Source: Lama guanicoe
Taxonomy: Eukaryota
Length of the DNA stretch: 64,000 nt
Assembly (NCBI GenBank): GCA_013239625.1
Contig: MU053860.1
Span: 1 to 64,000 of the forward strand
Reading direction: 5' to 3'
Positions 25,626-37,114 of this stretch are shown one piece after another; the stretch's first letter is position 1; the number at the start of each line of letters is the position of its first letter. The notes beneath the pieces are model-generated. The model was given only the letters and a program-made list of their open reading frames with translations, searched no databases and was not told where the DNA came from. The position numbers and the translations under genes are program-made.

Positions 25626-28160
25626 TCGCAGTCAGCCTGACCCCGGGAGGCTAGTGCAATGGTTTGGGGCGGCGGGGGCGGCGGAGGCGGTGTCACGTGG
25701 GAGGCTGCCCGGGCAAGCCGGTCGATTTCTTCTCTTCCCTGCAGCCTGGCCTGGGGGTGCCTTGGCTGCTAGAGATTCACCAGATGTTGGACTCCAGGTA
25801 AGCTTGCTCCTTGGAGGTGGGGCGGTTAGGTCAGCGGGCGGCGGCATAGGCAGGGGGGCAGAGCAAGGCTGCCCCTGGTGAACTGGTGGAATAGCTGCCT
25901 TCTCCTGGCTGCCGGGCCTGGGAGCGGCCTCTGCTGCTCCAGGTCACCAGACGCACCTGTCCCACTCAGCTTGCTGAGTGGGGAGTGGGGGCAGTGCCAT
26001 TAAGGTGCGGGTCCCATGGGGGAAGGGTGGCTGCCACATGGAAGCTGGTCAGTTCGCTCCGTTCTCCCCCGTGGTGGAGCCAGGGGCAGCTTCTGCTGCT
26101 CTATAGAGGCGAGACGTAGGTCTCCAGGTGAGCTTGTTCCTGGGAGGCAGCAGCGGCGCCAGGGGGAGGGGGGCCGTTCCAGGGAGCTTCTCCATTTCTT
26201 CTCTCCCCCTTGGTCTGGCCTGGGGGCGACCTCTGCCGCTGGAGATTTGCCTGAGGTCCGACTCCAGGTGAGCTTGCTCCTGGGAGATGGGTACAGTGCA
26301 GTCAGGGTCTGGTAAGGTGGTGGCTGCAGGGATAGGGAGGCTGCTTCATGGGAGCTTGTGGATTAGCTCCCATGTCTGTGCCACATGGCCTGCAGGTGGC
26401 CTCTGCTGCATCAGGTCCTGGGACACCCCTGTTCCAATTTTCCTTCTGGGGGCGGGAGGCAGGGTAGTCAGTGTGCAGGGGTGGTGGGGGTCGGGGGCCT
26501 GCAGCTGGGAAGTGGGCCCATTTGCTCCCATCTTCCCGGTGGCTTGCCCTGGGGGCAGTCTCTGTTGCCCTGGGTTACGAGACACGTGTATCCTAGTCAG
26601 CCTGACCCCGGGAGGCAGGCGTGGTACGTTGGGGGTAGTGGCAGTAGCGGTAGGTTTTCTCATGGAGGCAGTCAATTTGCTCCCATTTCCCCCCATGGTT
26701 TGCCCTGGGGGCGGTCCCTGTTGTCCCAATTTTGTTAGACGTCCATCTCCAGGTCAGCCTGCTCCCTGGAGGAGGCCACTGTGTGGTCAGGGGGCAGGAG
26801 CATTGGTGTTATGGAAACAACAGGCCAGACAAGAAACAAGCACCACTCGGAGGGTTGGAGTACTCAGATTTATGATGCCGGCGGGCTCAGAGGGGCTTCT
26901 GCTCTGAAGCTCTGAGCACCTCCAAGATGTGCACATGAGGTTTTATAGGGTTAATTACAAGTATGGGGCTATTAGCCAATAAGGCTCAAACAACAAAAAA
27001 CAAGGAATCAGTACACTGGAGCTTATCAATTTGGAACAGATCACGTTACTGACAATTGTTGAGCTGGGATTTACGAGTTAGATTGTTAGCCCAGTAAACT
27101 GACACTAAACTTCAGATTTACAAGTTAGCCCAGCAGAACTTAGATCAGTAAACCGACACTTATCACACTTGGATTTGTGACTTAGCTTGTTAGCCCAGCT
27201 GGGCTTTTCCTTCACAGTGGCTGCTGTGGGGGTAGGGAGCTGCCTTGAGGAGCTGGTGGATTGGCTTCCCTCTCCCCGATGGCCTGGTGTGGGAGTGGCC
27301 TTTCCTGCCCCAGATCACCAGACACACCTGTCCCATTGAGCCTGCTGGTGGAGGGGCGCACTGGGAGGTGTCTTTGAGGTGCAGGGGTGGGGAAGACTCG
27401 GGTAGAGGACCTGCAGCATGGAGCCTTTCAATTTGCTCTCCTCTTCCCCACGGCCAATCCTGGCAGCGTCCTCTGCTGCCCAAGAAGAAGGATGCCCGTC
27501 TCCATGTCAGCTTGCTCCTGGGAAGCGGGCGCGATTCGGTTGGGGGGTAGAGGCAGCTGCGACAGACTGCTGCCCCGCCTAATGGGGTCACTTCTTCTCC
27601 TTTCCCCTGACCTGGACTTGGGACGGCCTCTCCCGCCCAAGATTCGCCTGACACCCCACACCTAGTCAGGTTGCTCCTGGGAGGTGGGCACGGTGAGATC
27701 AGGGGGTGGAGAGGAGAGAGGGCTGTCTCTGGTGAACTGGAGGATGAGCCCCCATCTCTCTGGAGGCCTGATGTGGGGGCAGCCTCTGCTTCCTCTCGTT
27801 CCCAGGTCACCCTTCTCAGGGTCATATTGCCCCAGGGGTGTGGTAGGGTGCGGGGGCGGCAGGGTGTTGGCGGAGGTATGGAGCCTGCTGCTGGGGAGCT
27901 AGTGGTTTAGCTCCCATCTCACCTGCAGCTTGTCCTGGGGCAGCCTCTGTTGCCCCGGGTAGCAAAGCACAGCTTCTCTGACAGATTAGCCACCGGAGGT
28001 GGGCAGGATGTGCTGAGGGGGAGAAGGCAGCCGCCAAAGCAGCGACAGAGGGGCTGTCCCTGGCCAGCTGGTCAATTTGTTCCCATCTCAACCTTTGCTG
28101 CCTCAGTTTCGCAGGACACCATTTTCCAATTTATCCTACTGGGAGGTGGGTGCAGTACAT
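25625..28160. repeat. Diverged GC-rich tandem array, ~14 units of 140-170 bp
   Basis: Recurring anchor (C)AGGT(G/C)AGC(T/C)TGCTCCTGGGAGG at ~25631, 25798, 25965, 26128, 26268, 26436, 26596, 26753, 27336, 27506, 27665, 27821, 27984 and 28128. It is mirrored by recurring VSLLLG and PRSKLTW motifs in the ORF track. Confidence 0.85.
26807..27216 (-). mobile_element. Solo ERV LTR (410 bp) inserted in the tandem array
   Basis: TG...CA termini, 4-bp TSD-like flanks TTGG/GTGG, minus-strand TATA (CCTATAAAA at ~26940-26949), internal TTAGCCCAG repeats, and a sharp drop in GC relative to the array. Confidence 0.8.
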
Positions 28161-28451
28161 GCAGCCCAAGGTCTGCGCTCTCCCCTGGGGAGGGGTACAA
28201 CTCTCTTGTTCTCCTTTGTCTTTATTCTTCAGCGAAGTGGTTACTGGACCCAATTCTTAATTCTGAGAAATTGTAGCCTGTGTTATGGAAGAGCTGCTGC
28301 ACAGTGAGTTTTCTGGGTGGGTTTCACATCAGCTGATGCCCCAGGCAGGCAGGAAAGCTATTACTCAGAGCTTCTTAGTCTGGAGTTGGGAGATGACCCC
28401 ACCATCCTCACCATGCTTGTTAAAAATGTGTTTCTCCCCTCTTTTTCCTAG

Positions 28452-28532
28452 GTGATATTTTAGGACATTGGGTCACAGTTTGCTGGCACACTCATCCCTG
28501 TTCTCAAACATCTTTTAAACTTGGGTTAAGTG
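28452..28532 (+). other. Exon-like 81-bp segment
   Basis: Strong acceptor tttctcccctctttttcctag and donor gtaagt. Open in phase 1-1 (DILGHWVTVCWHTHPCSQTSFKLGLS). Confidence 0.4.
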
Positions 28533-29534
28533 GTAAGTAGGGTAAGATGATTTACTGAAAGGTAAGAATATTTAAACTTGCATTAAAGCTACATTCTGTC
28601 AATCTTTCTCAAGTGATTTTTGTCTGATTCTAAATCCATGACCTAGTGAATGCTGTAGTCCTGTGTAAATCATTGATCTTCACATCACATTTGTTGAGTG
28701 GTCAACGAGGTTTGTTAATTAGATTATTCCTGAAAGGAAAAGCTCAGGCTTTTGAGAATTCCTTGTCTGATGTCACCCAGGCAGTCACAGTAGAAGACAG
28801 AGCTGATTTAAATTTCCCTCAGCTGCCTGAACTGCAAAGTTTCTGGGATTACTGATCCCTGAAATGCAGATGACTCTTGATGATAATGTGGGGGATGGTT
28901 TATATGATCAGATTCTTCCAGTCCTGTAAATGGGTTCCGTGGCCCCAGCCCCGGGAGAACTGGTCATAAGGGCCATATCGTGAGGGGTGGGATGGGAAGG
29001 CAAGGTGTAAGAGCTGGAATCACTGAGATTCCACACTCGCTAAACACAGACTCCAGAGCCTAATTGTTGTCAGGTTGTGTTCTGGATTTGAGAGTGTGTT
29101 CAGACATGATTCTTGCCCTTCAGGAGTCACTGCCTGGGTGGAAGTACCCTTTACATAAATCTGGGGAGGATGGCAATTAAGTAGATGGGCTGTTATTGTT
29201 CTCAGTGTGCCCAGGCTCGCTCTTCCAGGCACTCGTGGGACTAACGAGAGTTAGGTTATTCACTCATTCACTGATTTATTACCCTTGAATTGATCATTTG
29301 TCCCACAGTAAGTGAAACAAGGGATCAGGAACCTGAGTTTTGTCCCTTCTCCTATCACTGATTGTATCTGTCAGTCGGGCGCCCTGAGTATGCATTGTGA
29401 AATGGTGGTATTTCTTGCCCAATGGGGCTGCACTCTCAGCTCTGAGTATCACGGGAGACACGTGGGTAGGAAAGCACCCTGACACACATGGCACCTCCGC
29501 ACCCCATGAGACAGCATTGTCGATGCTCAGATGA

Positions 29535-29720
29535 ACCGATGTAGACCACAGTGCTAAACCTGAGCATGTTTAGTGATTTTGGTGGCTATGAAAATACAGA
29601 CTACCGGTCCCTACATCTGGAGACACTGAGGGTGTGCACCCCAGAATTCTGTATTTTAAGAAGCACTTTAACTAATTCTGATTAAGGTGATCTGAGTGTC
29701 CCACTGATAAACACTGGTGT
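29535..29720. mobile_element. MER5A-like hAT element
   Basis: AATTCTGTATTTTAAGAAGCAC...AATTCTGAT...ATAAACACTGG motifs. Confidence 0.5.
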
Positions 29721-29954
29721 GCGATGCACCAATATTGAGGATTCTCAGGGAGTCTTTTCAGGATGGTCCAAGGGCCCTCACTTGAGACTTTGCCTTGGGT
29801 TTAATTGTATGTGTTCAGAAGTGATGTCTCTCACTTCCAGTGCTTGTCAGCATGATCTGTGCAGGGATTTGCACTCAGTAGATGGCAAAAACTATGATTC
29901 TTCAGGTCACCGAGCTAGACTGTGAGCGATCTTTTATTTTGGTTTTCTTTATTG

Positions 29955-30344
29955 CAATGCAGAGTCTCCTGAAAAAAGATTCAGACTGAACAGCTTTGTG
30001 TCAGACTTTGGAAGACCGCTGGTGCCCAAGGTGTTCTCTGGCAGGGCAATGACAAATCTAGGTCCCTCTTTCACTGCTATGTCAATGAAGTGGACCACTT
30101 GGACAAGGCCAAATCTGATACCCCAACCATAGCCCATGACAGTGATATTCGACTCCAGGAAGCCATCAGATGCAGCATGTGGCCAGTGGAGGAGCCGAAT
30201 AGACTCATGAAATGTGCCATCCCCAACTTCATCAGCATGGACAAGAACTCTTCCTTTGGGGAAGATGATCTCCTGATTTTGGAACCACCGATTGTTCTAG
30301 AAAATAAGCCAGTTGCCCAGACCTCACACAAAGACTTCAGTTGA
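29955..30344 (+). pseudogene. MRAP2: MRAP2 (melanocortin-2 receptor accessory protein 2) last coding exon, unprocessed pseudogene copy
   Basis: Reads NAESPEKRFRLNSFVSDFGRPLVPKVFS/QGNDKSRSLFHCYVNEVDHLDKAK...LQEAIR...IPNFISMDKNSSFGEDDLLILEPPIVLENKPVAQTSHKDFS*. Human as recalled: NAESSEKRFRMNSFVSDFGRPLEPDKVFSRQGNEESRSLFHCYINEVERLDRAK...FGEDDLLISEPPIVLETKPLSQTSHKDLD. The intronic pyrimidine tract is present but the acceptor reads TG. One codon is deleted and there is a 1-bp frameshift at ~30040. The transmembrane exons were not found. Confidence 0.95.
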
Positions 30345-32021
30345 GAAACGTGCTTTGTCAAGTATCTTTCTGAAGATGTGAAGTCTGTCTTTGTATGGCA
30401 TGAAGTCCCCTTTCACAAAATTGTATGTGTTTGTGTCTGAGAGAGAGAAATGGAGACAGACAGAAAGAAGAAGAGACAGAAGACAGCCCCCTCAGAAGAG
30501 AGCTAGTTAAGGTGAGATTTTGTGCCTTTAAAAAACATTTGGGGTTTTGGGGGTACAAAGTATTTACACTGTCTCATTCTCCTCGTTGGAAGCCTTGGCC
30601 CCATACTCTTTGTCAGAGTCCTTGAACAGGGGTTGGGACGGTGCATTTTATCTGGCACTGGCACTTCCACGCTCTGCCTTTAGCACGTTGCTTTGCCTGT
30701 CAGGGCTACCATCCTTTTAACTGTAAGGTGAGGAGTCTGGAATAGATGATCCATCCTAGCTCTGCTGTTTTGCAAATTTCTGATTTCGTATTCAGATAAG
30801 GCTGGGATACACCCAGAACAGTATAAACCAGGCCCTACCTCCTGTCTCTTGCTGGGGCATCCCTCAGATCTGTGCCTTCTACTCAACCCATTACTGAGCC
30901 CAGGTTTTGTCAGAAGCCCAAATGCCTACCGGGATGGCAGGAAACTTGTCTCACGTGGTCACGGTGGCCGACATTTCTATTGGTTGTGCTGAAACAGCTC
31001 TTCTGAGATCCTACAGCCACCTTTGCTCAAACCTGAGGACAGCCCTACCATTCCTTTCCTAGGAGGAGGATCAATCCATGGTGCATTTTATGACAATCCT
31101 GTCCCCAGGAATGCACGGAAGGTTATCAGCTGAGTGAGGGGAGGTGCCTCTTTGTCCCTGTGTCCCTGTATCTCTGTCTGCTCACAGTGCCCTGACACCA
31201 GCTACTGGACAAGAAAAGTGCTATGAACCATGCTTTGTGTTTTGCAGATGTGTAAGTGATGGTCTTGTGGCTCGTGTGTGGGCTTTGAGCTGGGATGGTG
31301 AAGAGCTTAAAAATACCTCATCAACATGTATTTGAGGTGGCCTGGTGCTACACAGACTTGATTCAAGAAGGCATCAAGCGTGCATACTGGTCTGGAAACA
31401 ACTTGGTTTTGATCTGTCACACTGCATGCATGACTCACTGCTAAGCTCTGGGTGGTTTATTCATTTTAGATTTATTCACCCGGTGTCTTGCTTAAACTGA
31501 AAAATACATTTTTTTCACCAGAATATTCTCTGATTCTTTGTTTTCACACATCCATTTTTTTAATTCCTTTAAAAATGATCCTGTGTTTATAATGCCTCCT
31601 AATTTCTATCATCTTTAGGTTCCCAGTGGCCTGAGCCATGCACCAGATTTGATGTAGTAACTGTTCCACCAAAAGAAATCCCTTCACCATAATATCTTTT
31701 GAGGAAAGTATTATTCCTTAAGACTCTAACAGTAAATCATGGAACAAAGCATGGAAAATTTCTTGTAGTTAATACATGTTCATGCAAAAAGAAATATTTT
31801 CATTAAACAATGTTGATTTTAATAACTTTTACTAATGTGAATATTGTTCTTCATAATTTAAGTAACCAAATAAACCACAGTTATTTATTATGAAGATTGA
31901 AAATTATGTTCATGGTTTCTCAATTAGAAGTAGCTTTATTAGAAGACTGAAGGGTATTTTAAAGATGGAAAAATACCCATGATGACACCATCATTTTTAG
32001 TAACTAAATATCAAGAACTGT

Positions 32022-32175
32022 GTGGAGTTAAGATTTAACCCCCTGCAAGCTGCCAAGTTAGCATGAGGTAGTTTGTGGATGCTTCCAGAAGACAGGAGAC
32101 TCCCCCAGAATCAGAGACAAAGGACTTCCTGCCAGCACAGCACACAGCCTGTGGGTCATGTTCATGTTGGTTCCT
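32022..32175. mobile_element. Old ERVL-class LTR fragment
   Basis: GGATGCTTCCAGAAGACAGGAGACTCC...CAGAGACAAAGGACTT resembles old eutherian LTR ends. Family uncertain. Confidence 0.45.
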
Positions 32176-32450
32176 GAGTTCCTTTCCTATTGCTGTTGTA
32201 ACAAAGGACCACAGACTCAGTGGCTTAAAGCAATACACATTCATCGTCTCACTGTTCTAGGGTGCAGAAGTGCAAAGTCAATGTCAATGGGCTAAAACCA
32301 ACGTGTGGCCAAGGCTACGTTCCACACCAAGGCTCTAGGGAGGGATTCATCTTCCCTTTCCTCGCTTGCAGAGGTGCTCACACTCCTTGGCCCAGGGCCC
32401 TGTGTCACTATGACTTCTGCTGCCACTTTACATCTCTGTCTCTAACTATA
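32176..32450 (-). mobile_element. MLT1 (ERVL-MaLR) LTR fragment
   Basis: TTTCCTATTGCTGTTGTAACAAAGGACCACAGACTCAGTGGCTTAAAGCAA is the MLT1 3' end in antisense. Confidence 0.8.
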
Positions 32451-32692
32451 TAGATATAAAGGAAGTGTCTTCTACATCTGGCATGGACCCTTTTTCCTAA
32501 ATGGACATTGTATCCCTATTTATGTGCAGATTAAAACCCCTTCCCTCCAGGGTGTGGTGGTATCAGCTCGCAAGATTACCACTCCGGGCTTTAAGTGTCC
32601 TCTTTGTATTGTCACCTGGGAACTTCTCTCTCCATAGTTAGCTCTGTGTTACTTTGTTGTTGTATTTTACCCGGCATTACTGAAAGTTTTTA

Positions 32693-32752
32693 NNNNNNNN
32701 NNNNNNNNNNNNNNNNNNNNNNNNNNNNNNNNNNNNNNNNNNNNNNNNNNNN
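32693..32752. other. Assembly gap (60 N)
   Basis: Run of N. Confidence 1.
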
Positions 32753-33159
32753 AGCTGAAAGCTTCTAGAGTATCTGTTTGATTTTTCTTAAAAATACATT
32801 CCAGTATATTTCTCTGGTGAGAGTCTTTACCCTGTTATCTATTCTCCCATCGTTTCCTTATTTTCTTGAATATATTAAAAATATTTTATAGCCTTTATTG
32901 GTAACTCTGTTGCCTACATCACCTGGGGGTTTGCATCCTTTGTATAATGTTTCTTATTCTCATATTATCCATCATACAGTCTTGACATGTTGCATGTCTA
33001 GAAATTCTTTATTACATGGCAGAAATTGCAAATGAAAAATCCATATGTTATCTTCCATGAGTGGTTTCCTACCTTCCCATTAGGCAGACAGTGTGAGGGA
33101 CTGATAATGTCACTCCAATCAGGGGCTGAGGTGGATCAGGACTGAAGTGCCTTTTTTCT

Positions 33160-34705
33160 TAAAGCAGCTTTGAGGTATACTTGGCAAAGTAATTTTCACA
33201 TGTTTAAAGTATACAGCTTAATACATTTTGCCATAAGTATAACCCCAAGAAACCATGACCACACTCAAGACAGTGAACATATCCATCATCCACAAAACTT
33301 CTCTCCTGCCTTTTGTTGCCCCTCCCTCCCTCCCCATCTCTTTCCCTGGAAACCATTCATCTGCTTTCTATCACAACACATTGGTTTGCACTTTCAAGAT
33401 CCTTGTATGAATGGATTCATGCAGTATCTACTCTATGTTGTCTGACTTCTTTCATTCAGTGTAATTATTTTGAGAGTCATCTGTGTTGCTGTATTAATAG
33501 CTTATTTGTCTTATAGCAGAGTATTGTTAAGTGCTGAGTTTTTACTGAATAGTTTATTGTGAAAAGTGTTTGGATAGACCATCATTTGTTTCTCCACTTC
33601 TTGATGGATGCATGGGTTATTTACAACTTGAACTATTATAAATAAAATTGCAGTAAATATTAGGTTACAAGTCTTTGTATGGACATATGCTTTTCTTTTC
33701 TAAAGCACCAGATGAGGAATGTCTGTGTTATATGGTAGATAGGTGTTTACCTTTTTAAAGAAACTGTTAAATACTTTTACAAAATGGTTGTACTATTGTA
33801 AATTCCTCGTGGTGTGTATCAGTTCTCGTTGCTCTACTTCCTTGTCAGCACTTTGTAAGGTCGGTCTTTCTAATCGTATTCATTCTAGTATGTACATGTA
33901 CTAGTATCTCACTGTGGTTTTTAAAAGTATTTCGCTAATGACTAATGGCATCTTTAATCAGCATCTTTTCATACACTTATTATCTATCTGGATATCTTTA
34001 CTAAGTGTGTTTTCTGGCCTCATTCATTCATTTAGGTGTTTGCATTATTGAGTTTTGAGACCTCTTTATTCTGGATCAGATACAAAAAGAGACCTTTATC
34101 AGTTATATGATCTGCAAATAGCTTCTGTCTATGGCTTGTCTTTTCATTTGCTTAGCAGTGTTTAGAAGAGCTTTGAATAGTCTTCATTTTGATAAAGTTC
34201 ACTGTATCAGTTTCTTTTTAAAATAGATTATACTTTTGATGTCATAGCAAAGAAATATTTGCCAAACCCAAGGTCATATTGCTTAAGCCTAAGCTTTTCC
34301 TCCTAGCTGTTTTATAGTTTTGGATTTCCTATTAAGATCTATGATCCATTTTGAATTAAGTTTTCTGTATTTTGTGAAGTATGGGTCAAAGTTCATTTTT
34401 CTCTTTTTGCATATGGATATCTAATTGTTCCAGCACGACTTGTTGAAAAGATCCTTTCTCCACTGCATTCCTACTGAGATTCAACTGTCCATCTAAGTGT
34501 TGGTTTAGTCCGGAACATTCTATTCTGTTCCATTTTTCTATTTTCCTGTTTTTCAACAATACCATACTTTCTGATTATTGTAGCTTTGTTTAAAGAAGTC
34601 TGACAGTCAGATAGTGTAAGTCTTCAAAATTTTTCTTGTTTAAAGTTGTTTTGGATATTTGCAATTTTTTGCATTTTTATATGAATTTTAGAATTAGTTT
34701 TTAAA
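33160..34705 (-). mobile_element. Old L1M (L1MB/MC-type) LINE, antisense
   Basis: T-rich L1 3'UTR and ORF2 motifs (GATCTATGATCCATTTTGAATT, GCATATGGATATCTAATTGTTCCAGCAC). The minus-strand ORF ends NSKIHIKMQKIANIQNNFKQEK, which is ORF2-like. Confidence 0.9.
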
Positions 34706-36349
34706 TTCCTTACATCCTGTTCTGCCAAATTTCCACCCCTGTCTTTGACCATCTTCAAAACTCCATTTTCTGAAGAAGTTTCTCTAGATCCCAGGTGAAA
34801 AGATTTTTTCTTCTTCTGTGCTCCATGCACCCTTCATAATATTTGATTGCTTTTATTCATATTTAGCTGTATTTATTTGTCTGATCTTTCCTGCCATATA
34901 GTAAACCTCTCAAGATTAGAAATCTTGACTTGGTTCCCTCTGTCTGCTGAGAAAACTAGTTCTGTGCTTTGCAGGACTGAGCCCTGCAGTAAGAGGTATC
35001 TGCAGGACACATCTAGCTCATCGCTTGCATATTGTCAAGGAATCCTGCAGATTTAGAATTGTTTATTGTTTGTTATCTCCAAGACATCTCAGTGTTTATT
35101 ATTTATATTGCTACTGCTGCATTTTCAAAGAGCAATGGGCTATTTTTCAAATATCAAAACATGCTACAATTGACTTGTGATGTTAATTATATACTGCTGT
35201 GTCTTAACAATCTGCTCAGTGTTCACAGGCTCCTTCACTCATGAAACTTTTGGTAGGATGTCTTTGGCTACTTGAGCAGCACTATCTGAACTGTCTCCTC
35301 CTGTATTTCCAGTGTCCCCTCGATCCCTCCTCCAGCCCTCCCTGTTGTTCTGCCCTCAAAAAGCCTGTTGTTTCTCAGGAAGAGTTTCCTGTGAAATATA
35401 ATCATGTCCCTCTTGTGGGGATATTCAGTCCAGAGATTTGATGACAGGGGAAAATGTTTAGTCTGCTTTTGGTAAAGCCTAAACTGTTTCATAATTATAG
35501 AAGCAAATCCAACGAGGAAACTGTGTTGGCATCTAACAAATGAGCATAAATGTCTGATAAGGAAGATCAGCTTCCCCATCCCACTCAGGCGTCATGTTGA
35601 TGTGACACTCACCTTGGCTAACGTGTTCTACTGTGTGCAACGTAACTTTGAAGATATTATGTATGGCTTTTTGTTTTTCCTCCTTATTCTTTCCACATTC
35701 AGTGTGTCTGGTGAAGTTATATGAATCCTACTTATTTGCAGCCCAGCACTAAACTTTTTTTTTTTTTAAGAATCACCTGTTTAAAAGGCTTGTGGACAAT
35801 TTGTTAGAAGATAGAAGTCCTCTTAGATTTTGGTCCTAAATTCAAATCTTGGTTACTGGTGAATGAAAATTCCCCTTAAAACTTAAAATACAGTCATATA
35901 AAGTTTTAAAAATAGTTAAATTTTAGTTGATTTCATTAAACACTATAACAGTTATTTACATTTAACCTGTTTCTGGGGCAATTTTGCAATGATTCCCTCT
36001 CTTCATTGATTCTCTCTTTATCAGAGTCCTTGAGATGGTCCTGTCATCACTGTCAGTATCATCATCATCATCATGGAACGGATTCCTCTGGAAGATTCCA
36101 GGGAAATAAAGAGATGGATGGGGAGACACGTAGGTGAGTGTGTGTGTGTATACTCAGAACAATTATTAGACGTTAGATGTACAATATCCATTCCATTTAG
36201 AGAAGAATGTGGTCATGAAATCCTGATGTGGTGAATGAAGGAAGCGGTGGGAACAGGATGGTCAGTGGAAAGGAGGAGGAAGAAGTGAACAAAGCTGGGA
36301 GCATAGATCCTCTGTTAGGAGACCAGAACGTTGGTTTGAATGAAGGGAC

Positions 36350-37114
36350 TGTGGTGGCAGAACAATGTATCCCCCACCCCTACAGGGAAGCCACCTGTGA
36401 CATGTTACTGTAGACAGTAAAAGAGATGACAGGGTTTTAGGACAACAGTGTTAAAAAATCTTGGAGGATTTTCCTTCTAAATTGGCTATTAGCCTTTTAA
36501 GCCCATAATACTTTGTTAAAGATTAGTGCCAAGTTACAAATAAACAGGATTTGTATAATCTCACCAGACGTACTGAATGTGGGAAGACTAAGGAAGAAAA
36601 ACAAAAAGCTGTTCACAAATGTCTTGAACCTTTAATTGCTCACGAGAGATGTTACCCAAGGTGAGTGTCACAGCCACATACATAATGCCTGAGTGGGGTG
36701 GGAAAAGGGGATCCTGAGATGCGGTGATTGGGAGAGTAGCCTGGACTTTCCAGAGGGGCCCAGTGTAATCACAGGGGTCTTTACAAGCATAGGACATTTC
36801 CCATCTGAGTTTAGGATCAGAGGGAGATGCAGCCATGGAGCGATGTTCAGAAACGCTGCTGGCCATGAAGATGAAGGAAGTCTTGGAGCAGAAGCTAAGG
36901 AAGGTGGGTGACCGCTGGAAACTGGAAAAAAAAAAACAAGGAAACATTTTCTTCTAGACCCTCTAGAAGAAAGGCACCCTGCTGGTACCTTGAATTTAGC
37001 CCAATGAGAACTGTGTTGGATCTCTGACTTCCACAGCCATAAGGTGATAAATCTGTGCTGGTTTAAGCTGTTAAGCTTATGGAAGTTTGTTACAGTGGTA
37101 ATAGAAAAATAACA
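36350..37114 (+). mobile_element. MLT1D-like LTR split by a ~270-bp foreign insert (~36433-36704)
   Basis: The 5' part TGTGGTGGCAGAACAATG...ACCTGTGACATGTTAC...AAAAGAGA resumes at GGATCCTGAGATG...GGGCCCAGTGTAATCACAGGGGTC and ends TTTGTTACAGTGGTAATAGAAAAATAACA. Confidence 0.8.

Noticed and set aside
26287..27825. 206-aa and 211-aa ORFs in the tandem array
   Set aside because: Products of a GC-rich repeat. The frame shifts between monomers and the ORFs run into the LTR.
25625..28160. CRISPR-like or collagen/elastin exon-array interpretation of the repeat
   Set aside because: This is eukaryotic DNA and the whole monomers are homologous, with no unique spacers. There is no Gly-X-Y or VPG periodicity, and the 53-nt segment is not frame-symmetric.
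28305..28330. FWVGF resembling the MRAP2 transmembrane exon (GFWVGL)
   Set aside because: Similarity does not extend to either side, and there are no matching splice sites.
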